Positions 43,757 through 53,887 of a stretch of DNA of 64,000 nucleotides are shown one piece after another; positions within the stretch are counted from its first letter, which is position 1; each line of letters opens with the position of its first letter. Under the pieces are notes generated by a model that saw only the letters and a program-made list of their open reading frames with translations, had not been told where the DNA came from and ran no database searches. Where the stretch lies: assembly GCA_046313635.1 (NCBI GenBank), contig JBKBYA010000013.1, forward strand, positions 1 to 64,000, read 5' to 3'. The stretch is from Pyrinomonadaceae bacterium (GTDB lineage Bacteria; Acidobacteriota; Blastocatellia; Pyrinomonadales; Pyrinomonadaceae). The translations under genes and the position numbers were made by a program.

Positions 43757-45415
43757 ATGAACAAGAGATTTGGGATCATCGCACTCATCCTGGTGATCGG
43801 CGGCGGAGTCGTCGGCGGGCTGTTTGGCCGTTTGCCGCAGGCGACGTCGGCCGATAACAGCGTGACGCCGGCGAGAGTGATCGCAGACTACCGCGAGGCT
43901 CTCGACGTGATCGACAAGAATTATGTCGGGCCGGTCAGGCACGAGGAGATCACCGACAGCTCGATCCAGGGGATGCTCTTTGCGCTCGACCCGCATTCGA
44001 GCTTTTTCACGCGTGACGAGCTGCGCAAGCTGATGGAGGAGCAAGCGTCCGAGTTTTACGGTATCGGCGTCTCGATCCTGCAGCATCACGACGGCGTTTA
44101 TGTGCAGGCCGTGATCCCCAATACGCCGGCGCAGCGGGCCGGTCTCAGATACGGCGACCGCATCATCCGCGTCGACGGCAAGGACGCTCGCGAATGGACG
44201 AGCGCCGAGGTCTCAAAGAACGTTCGCGGGCCCAAAGACACGCCGGTCAAAGTGACGGTCGAGCGAGCCGGGTCGAGCGCGCCCGTTGAGTACGAGATCG
44301 TCCGCGGAGGCGTGCCGCTGCCGTCTATCAGGAACTACTTTATGCTGCCGGACGGCGTCGGGTACATCGGATTGACCGGCGGGTTTCAGGAGACCACGGC
44401 GGCCGAGCTCGACGACGCCGTCGCCGATCTCCGCAAGCGCGGAATGAAGAGTCTGCTGCTCGACCTTCGGGGCAATCCGGGCGGCATTCTCGAACAGGCG
44501 ATCGAGGTCGTCAGCCGCTTTATTCCCGAAAACAATGTTGTCGTCTCGGTCAAAGGCCGCACGAATTACGCTAAAGAGAGACAGCATCTCTCGCGCGGTG
44601 GTGCGACGATCGATACGCCTGTCGTAGTGCTGATCAACGGCGGTTCGGCTTCGGCGTCAGAGATCGTCGCCGGCGCTCTGCAGGACTACGGCCGCGGCCT
44701 GATCGTGGGCACCGAGTCATTTGGCAAGGGACTTGTGCAGCGCGTTTACCCGCTGCCGTACGGTACTGGGCTGACGCTGACGACGGCCAGATATTACACG
44801 CCTTTTGGCCGAGCGCTGCAGCGCGACTATTCGGGCGGCTCGATCTACCAGTACTACATGCACGGCGACGAGCCCGAGTCGGAGGGCCAGCCGCAGAGCA
44901 CGCCGCCGTCGGCACCGGCGCCGGCGGGCAGCCCCGTCGTCACGCCCGACGGCCGCAAGCTCTACAGCGGCCGCGGCATCGAGCCGGACGTTCGCATCCC
45001 GGGGCAGAATTTCAGCCAGCTGAGATCGCGTATCGCCGAGGCGTCGTTCTATTTTGTCCGTCAGCTCGTCGCGGGCCGCATCGCCGGTTTTGAGAATTAC
45101 AAGGTCGACAAGCCGACCTACAAGACCGTGCTCTCGCCCGGCGAGCTCGCCGTCGGCGACAAGCTCCTCGAGGCCTTCAAGGCGTTTGCGGCGGCCGACA
45201 AGAGCCTCGGTCTTTCGGCCGAGAACGTGGCCGCGCAGCCCGATTACGCCCGGACGCGCATCAGGCAGGAGCTGGCCACCGCTAACTTCTCGAGCGAGGC
45301 CGGCGTGCAGGTGCTGCTCGAGAACGACCCGCAGATCATACGCGCCGTCGAGCTCGTACCGCAGGCGGCAAAGATGAATCAAAGCGTGGCCTACAAACGC
45401 CCGAGCTCAAACTAG
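43757..45415 (+). CDS. ctpA: S41 carboxy-terminal processing protease with PDZ domain
   Basis: LDPHS, GIG, DLRGNPGG, SASASEIVAGALQD, FGKGLVQ, TTARYYTP. Confidence 0.92.
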   Translation: MNKRFGIIALILVIGGGVVGGLFGRLPQATSADNSVTPARVIADYREALDVIDKNYVGPVRHEEITDSSIQGMLFALDPHSSFFTRDELRKLMEEQASEFYGIGVSILQHHDGVYVQAVIPNTPAQRAGLRYGDRIIRVDGKDAREWTSAEVSKNVRGPKDTPVKVTVERAGSSAPVEYEIVRGGVPLPSIRNYFMLPDGVGYIGLTGGFQETTAAELDDAVADLRKRGMKSLLLDLRGNPGGILEQAIEVVSRFIPENNVVVSVKGRTNYAKERQHLSRGGATIDTPVVVLINGGSASASEIVAGALQDYGRGLIVGTESFGKGLVQRVYPLPYGTGLTLTTARYYTPFGRALQRDYSGGSIYQYYMHGDEPESEGQPQSTPPSAPAPAGSPVVTPDGRKLYSGRGIEPDVRIPGQNFSQLRSRIAEASFYFVRQLVAGRIAGFENYKVDKPTYKTVLSPGELAVGDKLLEAFKAFAAADKSLGLSAENVAAQPDYARTRIRQELATANFSSEAGVQVLLENDPQIIRAVELVPQAAKMNQSVAYKRPSSN

Positions 45416-45497
45416 CACAATACCGGCGGGCCGCGTCCAACTTGAGTCCGTGAGTCCATAAAGTAGAATAGTCCTTTACTTTGCGGACTCGTTTTTT

Positions 45498-46607
45498 ATG
45501 TACAAGCAGATCGGCATTCTGACCGGCGGCGGTGACGCACCGGGGCTCAACGCGGTGATACGGGCCGTGGTGCGGACGGCTGTGCGCGAGTTTGGAATGA
45601 AGGTGGTCGGCATCGAGGACAGCTTTGAGGGCATCCTCGGCGAGCCTCACACGGTCAACCTCACGACGGCGTCGGTAAGCGGCATCCTGCCGCGCGGCGG
45701 TACCATCCTCGGCACGCGAAACCGCGGCAGCTTTGTCAAGATGGTCGACGGTCAGCCGGTGTTTCCCGAAATGCCGATCGGCGAGGCCCTCGCCAATCTC
45801 GACATTCTCGGCGTCGAGGCGCTGATCGTCGTCGGCGGCGAAGGCACGCTCGCGATCGCCGAGCAGTTTCACAAGCGCGGCTTCCCGGTGATCGGCGTGC
45901 CGAAAACGATCGATAACGATCTCGCGGCGACGGAACTCACGTTCGGATTCATGACCGCGATCGACATCGCGACCGAGGCGCTCGACCGGCTGCACACGAC
46001 CGCGGCCTCGCACGACCGCGTGATGATCCTCGAGGTGATGGGCCGGCACGCCGGCTGGATCGCGCTGCAGGCCGGGCTCGCCGGGAGCGCGGACATCATC
46101 CTGATCCCCGAGATCCCGTTCTCGTTCGAGTCGCTGATCAAAAAGGTCGAAGAACGCGAAAAGTCGGGCTCGCGTTTTACCAACATCGTCGTCGCCGAGG
46201 GCGCCATCGAGGTCGGAAAATCCGAGATCTATTTAGACGCGGGCCTCCGGCTCGGCGGCATCGGCGACTACGTCCGGCGCCGCGTCGAGGAGCTTACCGG
46301 CAAAGAGTCTCGCTGCGTGGTGCTCGGCCACCTTCAGCGCGGCGGCAGCCCGAACGCATTCGACCGGATGCTCGGCACAAGCTTTGGCACCTGCGCCGTG
46401 CGGGCCCTATCGGGCGGCGAGACCGGTAAAATGGTCGCTCTGCAGGCCGGACAGGTCATCACCGTGCCGCTGTCGGAAGCCTGCGCAAATCTCAAGACCG
46501 TGCCGGTCGAGGGTCAGCTCGTCAGGACGGCGCGCGACATCGGCATCTCGTTCGCGGCGCCGAACGAGGCCGACCTGCACGCCGCGCCGGCCATCGGCGG
46601 AAGATAA
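45498..46607 (+). CDS. pfkA: 6-phosphofructokinase (mixed-substrate/group III-like)
   Basis: TGGGDAPGLN, GGEGT, PKTIDND, EVMGRHAG, LGHLQRGG. Confidence 0.93.
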   Translation: MYKQIGILTGGGDAPGLNAVIRAVVRTAVREFGMKVVGIEDSFEGILGEPHTVNLTTASVSGILPRGGTILGTRNRGSFVKMVDGQPVFPEMPIGEALANLDILGVEALIVVGGEGTLAIAEQFHKRGFPVIGVPKTIDNDLAATELTFGFMTAIDIATEALDRLHTTAASHDRVMILEVMGRHAGWIALQAGLAGSADIILIPEIPFSFESLIKKVEEREKSGSRFTNIVVAEGAIEVGKSEIYLDAGLRLGGIGDYVRRRVEELTGKESRCVVLGHLQRGGSPNAFDRMLGTSFGTCAVRALSGGETGKMVALQAGQVITVPLSEACANLKTVPVEGQLVRTARDIGISFAAPNEADLHAAPAIGGR

Positions 46608-46628
46608 GTTCAGCGTTTCATTTGTCCT

Positions 46629-47096
46629 ATGGAGGAAGTAAAAGCAAAACTGCAGGCCGAGCTGGCCTCGCTCGAAGAAGAGCTCCATCACAAGCTGCCG
46701 AAAGAGATCCAGAAGGCACGCGAATTCGGCGACCTGCGCGAGAACGCCGAGTACAAGGCCGCGCTCGAACGCCAGTCGATCGTGCAGGCCCGCATCCGGC
46801 AGATCCACCTGCGGCTGAGCGAGGTCAAGTCGATCGATCTTTCAAAGATCCCGACCGACCGCATCGCCTACGGTTCGCGCGTCGTGCTGTACGATCTGGA
46901 TAAGGACGAAAAGGTCACGTACGAGCTCGTCACGTCTGAAGAGAGCGCTCCCGACAAGGGGTTGATCTCGACCGTCTCGCCTATCGGGCAGGCCCTGATG
47001 GGTAAAGAAGAGGGCGATACCGTGAAAGTAAAAACGCCGACCGGCTGGCGTAACTTCGAAGTTAGCCGGATCACCACGATCCACGAAAAGGAGTAA
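46629..47096 (+). CDS. greA: Transcription elongation factor GreA/GreB family
   Basis: GDLRENAEYKAA, ISTVSPIGQALMGK. Confidence 0.92.
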   Translation: MEEVKAKLQAELASLEEELHHKLPKEIQKAREFGDLRENAEYKAALERQSIVQARIRQIHLRLSEVKSIDLSKIPTDRIAYGSRVVLYDLDKDEKVTYELVTSEESAPDKGLISTVSPIGQALMGKEEGDTVKVKTPTGWRNFEVSRITTIHEKE

Positions 47097-47160
47097 GTAC
47101 CGTCGGCGGCCGGTCGATCGCCGGCCGCTCTCTCACCGCCGGAGCTGAACGAGAACCGAG

Positions 47161-47796
47161 ATGCTGGGAGCAAGCATAGGCCGCGGTGCGATGAGCATCA
47201 TCAACGCGATGGTGCGCGGGCTCGCGTCGGCGGGCGTACATCCGAATATCCTCACGTCGATCGGCGTGACGATCAATATCGGCTGCGGCGTGCTTTTCGG
47301 GCTGGGCGAATTTTTCTGGGCCGGCATCGTGCTGATCGTCGCGAATCTCTTTGACATGCTCGACGGCAGCGTCGCACGCCTGAGCGGCAACGTCACCAAA
47401 TTCGGCAGCTTCCTCGACTCGACGCTCGACCGCCTGTCGGATATGGTGGCGTTTGTCGGGATAATGATCTTTTACGCGGGCAATTCGCCGCAGCACTCGC
47501 TGCTCAACGTCTTTCTCGCGGGCGTCGGACTGATGGCCTCGGTGCTGGTCAGTTACGCGACGGCGCGGTCGGAGGGACTGGGAGTAAAGGCGAACGTCGG
47601 CTTTCTGCAGCGGCCCGAACGGGTCGTCCTGCTGATCATCGGAGCGCTGTCGACGTGGAACTGGGAGTCGCAGAGCTTCTTTGCCAACCGGATGCCGCAG
47701 GTGCTGTGGGTGCTCGCCGTCGGATCGGTCTGGACGCTGATCCACCGGATGTATTTTATCTGGAAGGAATTTGACAAGCTCGAGCCGCGGGCTTGA
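47161..47796 (+). CDS. CDP-alcohol phosphatidyltransferase family protein
   Basis: HPNILT, DMLDGSVAR..G..FLDSTLDRLSD, SYATARSE, RPER. Confidence 0.9.
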   Translation: MLGASIGRGAMSIINAMVRGLASAGVHPNILTSIGVTINIGCGVLFGLGEFFWAGIVLIVANLFDMLDGSVARLSGNVTKFGSFLDSTLDRLSDMVAFVGIMIFYAGNSPQHSLLNVFLAGVGLMASVLVSYATARSEGLGVKANVGFLQRPERVVLLIIGALSTWNWESQSFFANRMPQVLWVLAVGSVWTLIHRMYFIWKEFDKLEPRA

Positions 47797-47805
47797 TGCG
47801 ACGCC

Positions 47806-48240
47806 GTGCCGATGCTGGAACTGCTGATAAACTTTTGGTCCGCCCTGACGCTGCGTGACGTCTTGCTCGGCGTCGGATTGTTTTTGCTCTCGCTGGCGGC
47901 GAGCTTTGCGGCCATCGTTTTTGTGATGGTCAAGATACCGCCCGAGTATTTCAGCGTGCATCACCGGCGAGAATTCTTGCCGGGCAAGGTCTGGTACGTC
48001 CGCTACAGCGCGGTGATCGCAAAGAACGTTCTGGGAGCTTTCCTGATCGTGCTCGGGATACTGCTTTCGCTTCCCGGCGTGCCGGGGCAGGGGATACTGA
48101 CGATCCTGCTCGGGCTGATCATGCTCGACATTCCGGGCAAGCGGCCGCTCGAGGCCAAGATCATACAGCGGCCGGCGGTGCTCACGGCGGTCAACAGGCT
48201 GCGGGCGCGTTACGGCAAGCCGCCGCTGATCATGGACTGA
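47806..48240 (+). CDS. PGPGW-like small membrane protein
   Basis: TM helices with LPGVPGQGILTILLG. Confidence 0.7.
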   Translation: MPMLELLINFWSALTLRDVLLGVGLFLLSLAASFAAIVFVMVKIPPEYFSVHHRREFLPGKVWYVRYSAVIAKNVLGAFLIVLGILLSLPGVPGQGILTILLGLIMLDIPGKRPLEAKIIQRPAVLTAVNRLRARYGKPPLIMD

Positions 48241-48249
48241 CGGATCGAT

Positions 48250-48534
48250 ATGTCTTTGTTCAAGAAGTTTCGGCGAAAGAGCGTGATGACCGACGCGGAT
48301 CGCCGCTCCCACCTTCGAGCGGTCGGGCGCATCACCGACGGCATCATCATCGACTGCGACGAGACGCCGAAGGGCGAGATCGTCTATTACGTCTACACGC
48401 TCAACGGCGTCGACTTTGAATCGTCTGAACTGCTCAGCGAGGAGCAGCGCCGCGACCCGCTCAAGTACGCGCCCGGCGCAAAGGTGGGCGTGCGGTACGA
48501 CCCGAAAAATCAGGGGAATTCGATGCTGGAGTGA
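48250..48534 (+). CDS. DUF3592-like small beta protein
   Basis: G.I, YYVY..NG, VRYDPKN pattern. Confidence 0.6.
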   Translation: MSLFKKFRRKSVMTDADRRSHLRAVGRITDGIIIDCDETPKGEIVYYVYTLNGVDFESSELLSEEQRRDPLKYAPGAKVGVRYDPKNQGNSMLE

Positions 48535-48536
48535 GG

Positions 48537-48690
48537 GTTGGTTGTTTGTTCGTGGTTCGTTGATCGTGGTTCGTTGTTCGTTGTTCGTGGTTCGTTGTCA
48601 ACCTGCGAACAATCAGCGATGAGCCACGACCGATTTACTACGAACAACAAACGACGATCAACGATCAACGATCGACGATCAACGAACAGC
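48537..48690. repeat. Long inverted heptamer arrays (GTTCGTT/GTTCGTG versus AACGATC/AACGAAC)
   Basis: About 8 forward and about 7 reverse units flanking a spacer of about 40 bp. Confidence 0.88.
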
Positions 48691-48704
48691 CCCGAACAAG
48701 TCCT

Positions 48705-50204
48705 ATGTTCAAAAAGATCCTTATCGCCAATCGCGGCGAGATCGCGTGCCGCGTGATCCGCGCCTGCCGCGAGATGGGCATCGCCGCGGTCGCTGTTTAC
48801 TCCGATGCCGATCGTGACGCGCTGCACGTGCGGATGGCAGACGAGGCGTATCACATCGGCCCCGCCCCTTCGGCCGAGAGCTACCTCCGGGTCGAAAAGA
48901 TCATCGCCGCCGCGAAACAGAGCGGGGCCGAGGCCATCCATCCCGGTTACGGTTTTTTGTCGGAGAATGCCGCATTTGTCCGCGCGGTCGAAGAGGCCGG
49001 GATAAAGTTCATCGGTCCGCCCGCCGAAGCGATGGAAAAGATGGGCGGCAAGATCTCGGCCCGCATCATCGCGATCGAGGCCGGCGTGCCCGTCGTGCCC
49101 GGCACGACCGAACCGCTCGGTTCGTTTGAAGAGGCAAAGAGCGTCGCGGCCGAGGTCGGCTATCCCGTTATGCTCAAGGCTGCGGCCGGCGGCGGCGGCA
49201 AAGGTATGAGGCTGGTCGCGTCGGAGGACGAGCTTCGCTCGGCTCTCGACACCGCGCGGTCGGAGGCGGCGTCGAGCTTTGGCGACAGCTCGGTCTACAT
49301 CGAAAAGGCGGTCGTCAGGCCGCGGCACATCGAGATCCAGGTCTTTTCGGACGAGCACGGAAATCACGTGTATCTCGGCGAGCGCGAATGCTCGATACAG
49401 CGAAGGCATCAGAAGGTGATCGAAGAAGCTCCGTCGCCGATAGACTCGGCCGAGCTCCGCGCCGCGATGGGCGAATGCGCCGTCAAGATCGCGCAGGCGG
49501 TCGGCTATGTCGGCGCGGGGACGGTCGAGTTTCTCGTCTCGGACGTTGACCGTTCATTATACTTTCTCGAGATGAATACTCGCCTGCAGGTCGAGCATCC
49601 CGTGACAGAGCTCGTTACGGGCATCGATCTGGTTCGCGAGCAGATCATGGTCGCGGCGGGTAAGGAGCTGTCGTTCAGGCAGGAGGACGTCAGACTTAAC
49701 GGTCATGCGATCGAGTGCCGGATCTACGCCGAGGACCCGGAGAATAACTTTTTGCCTTCGCCTGGCCGCATCGCACGTCTGAGGATCCCGCAGGGTCCGG
49801 GCGTTCGCGACGACGGCGGCGTCTATGAGGGAGCCGAGGTGTCGATCTTTTACGATCCGATGATCTCGAAATTTGCCGTCCATGGCCGCACACGGGCGGA
49901 GGCCGTCGAGCGAATGCGCCGGGCTCTGGCCGAATACGAGATCGGCGGGATCAAGACGACGCTGCCATTCTTTAGGCTGGTGATGGACGACGCAGAATTT
50001 GTCGCCGGCCAGATCGATACCGGTTTTATCCCGCGCTTTCTCGAGCGCATGAGGCTCGGACGGCCCTCGGGAGCGGCCGAGCTCGCCGACGTCGCGGTCC
50101 TGGCGGCGGCGCTCGCGACAACGAGAGCCTCGACCGACATGGATCAGCCCGTCGCTGCCACGAGAAGGCGTCTGAGCGAATGGGTCACGGCGATCAGAAC
50201 TTGA
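48705..50204 (+). CDS. accC: Biotin carboxylase
   Basis: IANRGEIA, HPGYGFLSEN, GGGGKGMR, ERECSIQRRHQK, EMNTRLQVEH. The partner carboxylase is not determined. Confidence 0.9.
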   Translation: MFKKILIANRGEIACRVIRACREMGIAAVAVYSDADRDALHVRMADEAYHIGPAPSAESYLRVEKIIAAAKQSGAEAIHPGYGFLSENAAFVRAVEEAGIKFIGPPAEAMEKMGGKISARIIAIEAGVPVVPGTTEPLGSFEEAKSVAAEVGYPVMLKAAAGGGGKGMRLVASEDELRSALDTARSEAASSFGDSSVYIEKAVVRPRHIEIQVFSDEHGNHVYLGERECSIQRRHQKVIEEAPSPIDSAELRAAMGECAVKIAQAVGYVGAGTVEFLVSDVDRSLYFLEMNTRLQVEHPVTELVTGIDLVREQIMVAAGKELSFRQEDVRLNGHAIECRIYAEDPENNFLPSPGRIARLRIPQGPGVRDDGGVYEGAEVSIFYDPMISKFAVHGRTRAEAVERMRRALAEYEIGGIKTTLPFFRLVMDDAEFVAGQIDTGFIPRFLERMRLGRPSGAAELADVAVLAAALATTRASTDMDQPVAATRRRLSEWVTAIRT

Positions 50205-50343
50205 CCCGCCGGGCGGCGGGATGTGTCGGGCCCGAAATGGATCTCGGCGTTCGCCGCGCCGAAAAATGGCTGACGCTGCGAACGCCGAGTTTCTGCCCGC
50301 TAAGATCAGAGTTTTTCTACCCCTGATCTATCGTCGTTCTTAT

Positions 50344-51279
50344 TTATCGTCCGCCGCCCGACGCGATGAAATCGACGTCCGATATACTCTCGCGCAAAGT
50401 GAAGCTCCTCTCCGGAGAAGCAAACTCATGCCCCTTGCTCGATACCGTCAAGACATAAAAGTCGTCGGTCATCACATCGTCGAACCGGTAGCTGCCGAAA
50501 TTGTTGGTCACGGCGGAGCGCACCTCGCCCGTATTCATATTGCGAAGCGTCAGCCGCGCTCCTTCGATCGGCGAGCCGGCCTCGGTCCTCACCTGGCCGC
50601 CGATCGTCGCCGGGGCCGCCGTTACGCCCAACCCTGAATTTGTGAAGGTGCAGACGACGGTCTCGCCGGCCTGCAGATTGATGGTCGCCGGGCCGACCGA
50701 GTTGCGGGTGGAATCCTGCGTCATATTCTCGACGCAATCGACGTTGACCAACGTCCAGCCTCGCGGAGAGTTCGTTTCGGTGACGGTGAGGGTCGCAGTC
50801 ATGCCCGGCGTCACGCTGAGAGTAGCGGACCGGAAGTCCTGGCCCGGCCCCGAATTGTCGTCGACCAGTGAAAAGGATGTGACGCCAAAATTTGGCGACG
50901 CCGAAAAGCCGAACGCGACCGTCGACGAACCCGTTCCGTCCGGAGTCACGACCTCCTTTCTGATCACGACCGTACTGCACTCGGGAGCACCTGAGTCACC
51001 CGTCGAGTCGGTCCTGCCAGCAAGTGCCTGACCTGCGTCAGAGGCCGCGCTACTTCCGCCGACAAAGAGGGAAGGATGGGTGTCGGTCGACCTGAGATGC
51101 GTCCAAAATGGGGCCGCTACGCGCGTATCCCATTTTAAGAAGCCCTTACTGTCAAGCCCCTCCTGCACCGCCGCTTGGCCGAACGCCAACGAGGCCCCAA
51201 AAAACAAAACCACGGCCAACGTCCCCAAACGCCCCGCGGTCAAACCTCCAAATGACAAATTAACGCGTGAAAGTAACAT
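50344..51279 (-). CDS. Secreted protein: SpaA/prealbumin-like domain plus C-terminal carboxypeptidase-regulatory-like domain
   Basis: Signal peptide; VTE...GWTL..VDC...VVCTFTN; then VTAAPATIGG..TNNFGSYRF. Confidence 0.75.
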   Translation of the reverse strand: MLLSRVNLSFGGLTAGRLGTLAVVLFFGASLAFGQAAVQEGLDSKGFLKWDTRVAAPFWTHLRSTDTHPSLFVGGSSAASDAGQALAGRTDSTGDSGAPECSTVVIRKEVVTPDGTGSSTVAFGFSASPNFGVTSFSLVDDNSGPGQDFRSATLSVTPGMTATLTVTETNSPRGWTLVNVDCVENMTQDSTRNSVGPATINLQAGETVVCTFTNSGLGVTAAPATIGGQVRTEAGSPIEGARLTLRNMNTGEVRSAVTNNFGSYRFDDVMTDDFYVLTVSSKGHEFASPERSFTLRESISDVDFIASGGGR

Positions 51280-51526
51280 GTCTAACCCCCCAGTGTTCGA
51301 TGAATTACCGATGACAGTTTCGGGCCGACCTTCGCGTCTGGATGATTCGCAGCTTCCTGCCCGACCTGACTCGTAGATTCACTATATCATCAATAAAATC
51401 GACTTCCGAATATTTGGCTGAGTGAGGGTTCTTTGAGACTTTGCACATGAGCGGAAGCGGTACGGTTCCGACGGGGTCAGCATCCCTGACGCCAACGGCG
51501 TGGGTGGGTACCAATGACAACATAAA

Positions 51527-51725
51527 CGTAAACCTCGCCTAATTGTTACCAGTCTAAACGGAAGTTTTCGGGTCGATGAGAACTGGTCTGTGCGATTCGC
51601 TTGGAGGAGCTCCTCCGAGCGAATAGTGCGGACGGCGATGGTTGTAGAAGTCTATCAATCGCGACGTCAGTCCTCGCACCTGGTCCAAACTGTCAAAGAT
51701 GAACATATCGAGAATTTCCTGTCGA
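51527..51725 (-). pseudogene. IS3-family transposase 3' remnant with probable right inverted repeat
   Basis: RQEILDMFIFDSL..FYNHRRPHYSLG..PP resembles the end of an integrase core; followed by CTGGTAACAATTAGGCGAGGTTTACG (51527-51552). Confidence 0.7.
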
Positions 51726-51832
51726 TGTGAAAAGCCACCACCCCCGATCTGCGCCAAAAAACAGAAAAAAATGAGGCCGCCTTTTCAGACAGCCTCTTTC
51801 TGATCAAGCAGGATAGCTAGCCTGCGTTACTT

Positions 51833-53287
51833 TTAATTATCCGACTTAGGGATGCTTGAGCGAAAAAGCGGCGTAGCAGCATTTTCACCGTTTGCTATGA
51901 AGTTCACATCCGATACACTCTCGCGAAGTGTAAAAGTCTGAGTCGAGTTGAAGAACGTGTAACCCTTACTTGTGACGCTAAGATTGTATACATCGTCCGT
52001 CATTACATCCTGGAACGTGTACCGACCGAATGTATTCGATCGAGTGTAAAACGTCTCACCGGTCGACAGATTCGTCAGCGTGAGTAACGCACCACGGATC
52101 GCAACTCCTTCACTCGTCATTACACTACCGGATATCTCCGCCGGAGCGGCCGTCGGAGTAAGGCGAGTGTTCTTGAAGATACACTCGGCTATGTTGCCCT
52201 CGAGCGGGTTGTACGTTACGGTCCGGGTATTAAAGTCCGTTGTAATCGTTCCAACAGCGCCCAAGCCTCCTGGGGAAATCGTACACGAAAGGTCCAATAG
52301 CGAGTAATTGAGCGGCTGGGGATTGTTTTCGGTCACCGTGTAGTTCACGCTAGATCCGAACGTCGTAATGTTATTGAACGTTGCGCTTCCGCCAGCCAAC
52401 TCTGCGGGGTCGGTATCCATTAATGAAAACGCGGATGGAGTAAGCCCCGAGGTGGTGAACCCGAAGCTTACAAAATTGTTACTGTACGACAGAGGGCTAG
52501 CGTTGTACACGAGTTTCGTGATTCTAAGAACGGCTGGGTAGATCACCGCCGCGGCTGCCAGCGAACGGTCCTGATTTCCGCCCGAGCCATCCAGGTCGAT
52601 CACTCGAGTGTGATAAGGAGAGCCGGAGATAGCGATTGCCGAGTTATTAACGCCCCAGTCAATTCGAGTAGCGATATGGCCACCCCAAGCCAGGACAACA
52701 GTCGATTGCGTGGCATTGAATGTAATTGTTATGCGCGTCGAGCTGTCGCCGGCGTAGCTGCCTGTCAGCGTATATGCAGAAAGGCTGGTGATCGAACCGC
52801 CCCACATTGAGAAATTTCCTGCAATCGGGGTTACTCCGCCGCCCGTAACATTCGGATCAACTGGAATCGGGAAGTTAGTCGGAGACCCGCCGCATGGGGC
52901 AACGCCGCTGCAGGGGTCACTGCCAATATTCACTGTCCGATCCCAGCTAGTAAGATAGTCGATCGCGTGTTTTCCGCTTTTGGTGGTATCCCATCCGATC
53001 GTGAGTGAATGCGAGCCGAGGCTCAGGTTCGTCATCACGACGCGATACGGAATCGAGTCGCCCTCATAATACTTCGCCTGATTCGAATTTACGTTGCCGT
53101 TTTGCCATTGTGCGTTAAGACACGCCAGATCCCCATTAGATCCGTTTGCACATTGGTCAATGTCAGCTGCCGGATTGGGCATCAGCGATTGTGCAGATAC
53201 GTCTGTGCCCGCAGCGGCCGCGAGAACCAAAATCGCTGAGGCGATCACCAATTTACTGAACAACATTTTTAACTGGGAAAACTTCAT
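51833..53287 (-). CDS. Secreted protein with the same prealbumin-like and C-terminal module
   Basis: GGAGG RBS, signal peptide, S/T/N-rich beta domains, PTAAPAEISG..SNTFGRYTF; more AT-rich than the core genes. Confidence 0.8.
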   Translation of the reverse strand: MKFSQLKMLFSKLVIASAILVLAAAAGTDVSAQSLMPNPAADIDQCANGSNGDLACLNAQWQNGNVNSNQAKYYEGDSIPYRVVMTNLSLGSHSLTIGWDTTKSGKHAIDYLTSWDRTVNIGSDPCSGVAPCGGSPTNFPIPVDPNVTGGGVTPIAGNFSMWGGSITSLSAYTLTGSYAGDSSTRITITFNATQSTVVLAWGGHIATRIDWGVNNSAIAISGSPYHTRVIDLDGSGGNQDRSLAAAAVIYPAVLRITKLVYNASPLSYSNNFVSFGFTTSGLTPSAFSLMDTDPAELAGGSATFNNITTFGSSVNYTVTENNPQPLNYSLLDLSCTISPGGLGAVGTITTDFNTRTVTYNPLEGNIAECIFKNTRLTPTAAPAEISGSVMTSEGVAIRGALLTLTNLSTGETFYTRSNTFGRYTFQDVMTDDVYNLSVTSKGYTFFNSTQTFTLRESVSDVNFIANGENAATPLFRSSIPKSDN

Positions 53288-53819
53288 TTTTAGCCCCTCC
53301 TAAGGTTGGCCCCGAAGCTACGAACATCTCGAGGGCAGTTTTTACAAAGAATTATCTAGTACGTCTCCACGCAAGCTCCCCCGGGTGCAGCGCTCGTAGA
53401 TCGCGACCCGGGTTCGCAAATATGAATTGGAAGTGTGTCGAACTGTTTAACATACCCTTTCGAGTGGCGTCAAGACATTTCCTCGGGGGATTGACGGTCC
53501 TCGCGAGGATCTCTCGAGCCCTCGGAAGCGGGCCGAATGCCCGAAAAGCTCTAAACGATTCGGAATGCCTATTCGCTGCATAAATCAAACAAAAGCAAAC
53601 GTCTTAGCTTATTCGTGCAGCGAGCTGGTTAGTTCGTTTGACACAATATAGCACGAATCGAACGAAATTCCAGAAAAAAGCTCAGACCCCTAAAACGGCT
53701 AATCCAAACGGCGGCTGCCCCGGCCCCCGACTTCGCGAAGGCGTGTTTTGCAGGGCGTTCACTTTTGATTTGTCACTCGGTAGAAAGAGCCAATAGGCCA
53801 GGCTTCCAAGATTTGCGCG

Positions 53820-53848
53820 CAAAAAAAGGCAGGGCCGAAACCCTGCCT
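53820..53848 (-). terminator. Intrinsic terminator after the S8 protease
   Basis: AAAAAAAGGCAGGG ccgaaa CCCTGCCT. Confidence 0.75.
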
Positions 53849-53887
53849 ATCACGCGGCATTCACCGCTCGTATTCAAACGACTGGTC

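Noticed and set aside
48537..48690. Repeat arrays as a possible CRISPR array
   Set aside because: The units are 7 bp, tandem and inverted, with no unique 30-40 bp spacers and no cas genes in the window.
53290..53820. Riboswitch in the long intergenic regions around the secreted-protein genes
   Set aside because: No recognisable c-di-GMP, TPP, cobalamin or SAM consensus was seen; an Rfam scan would be needed.
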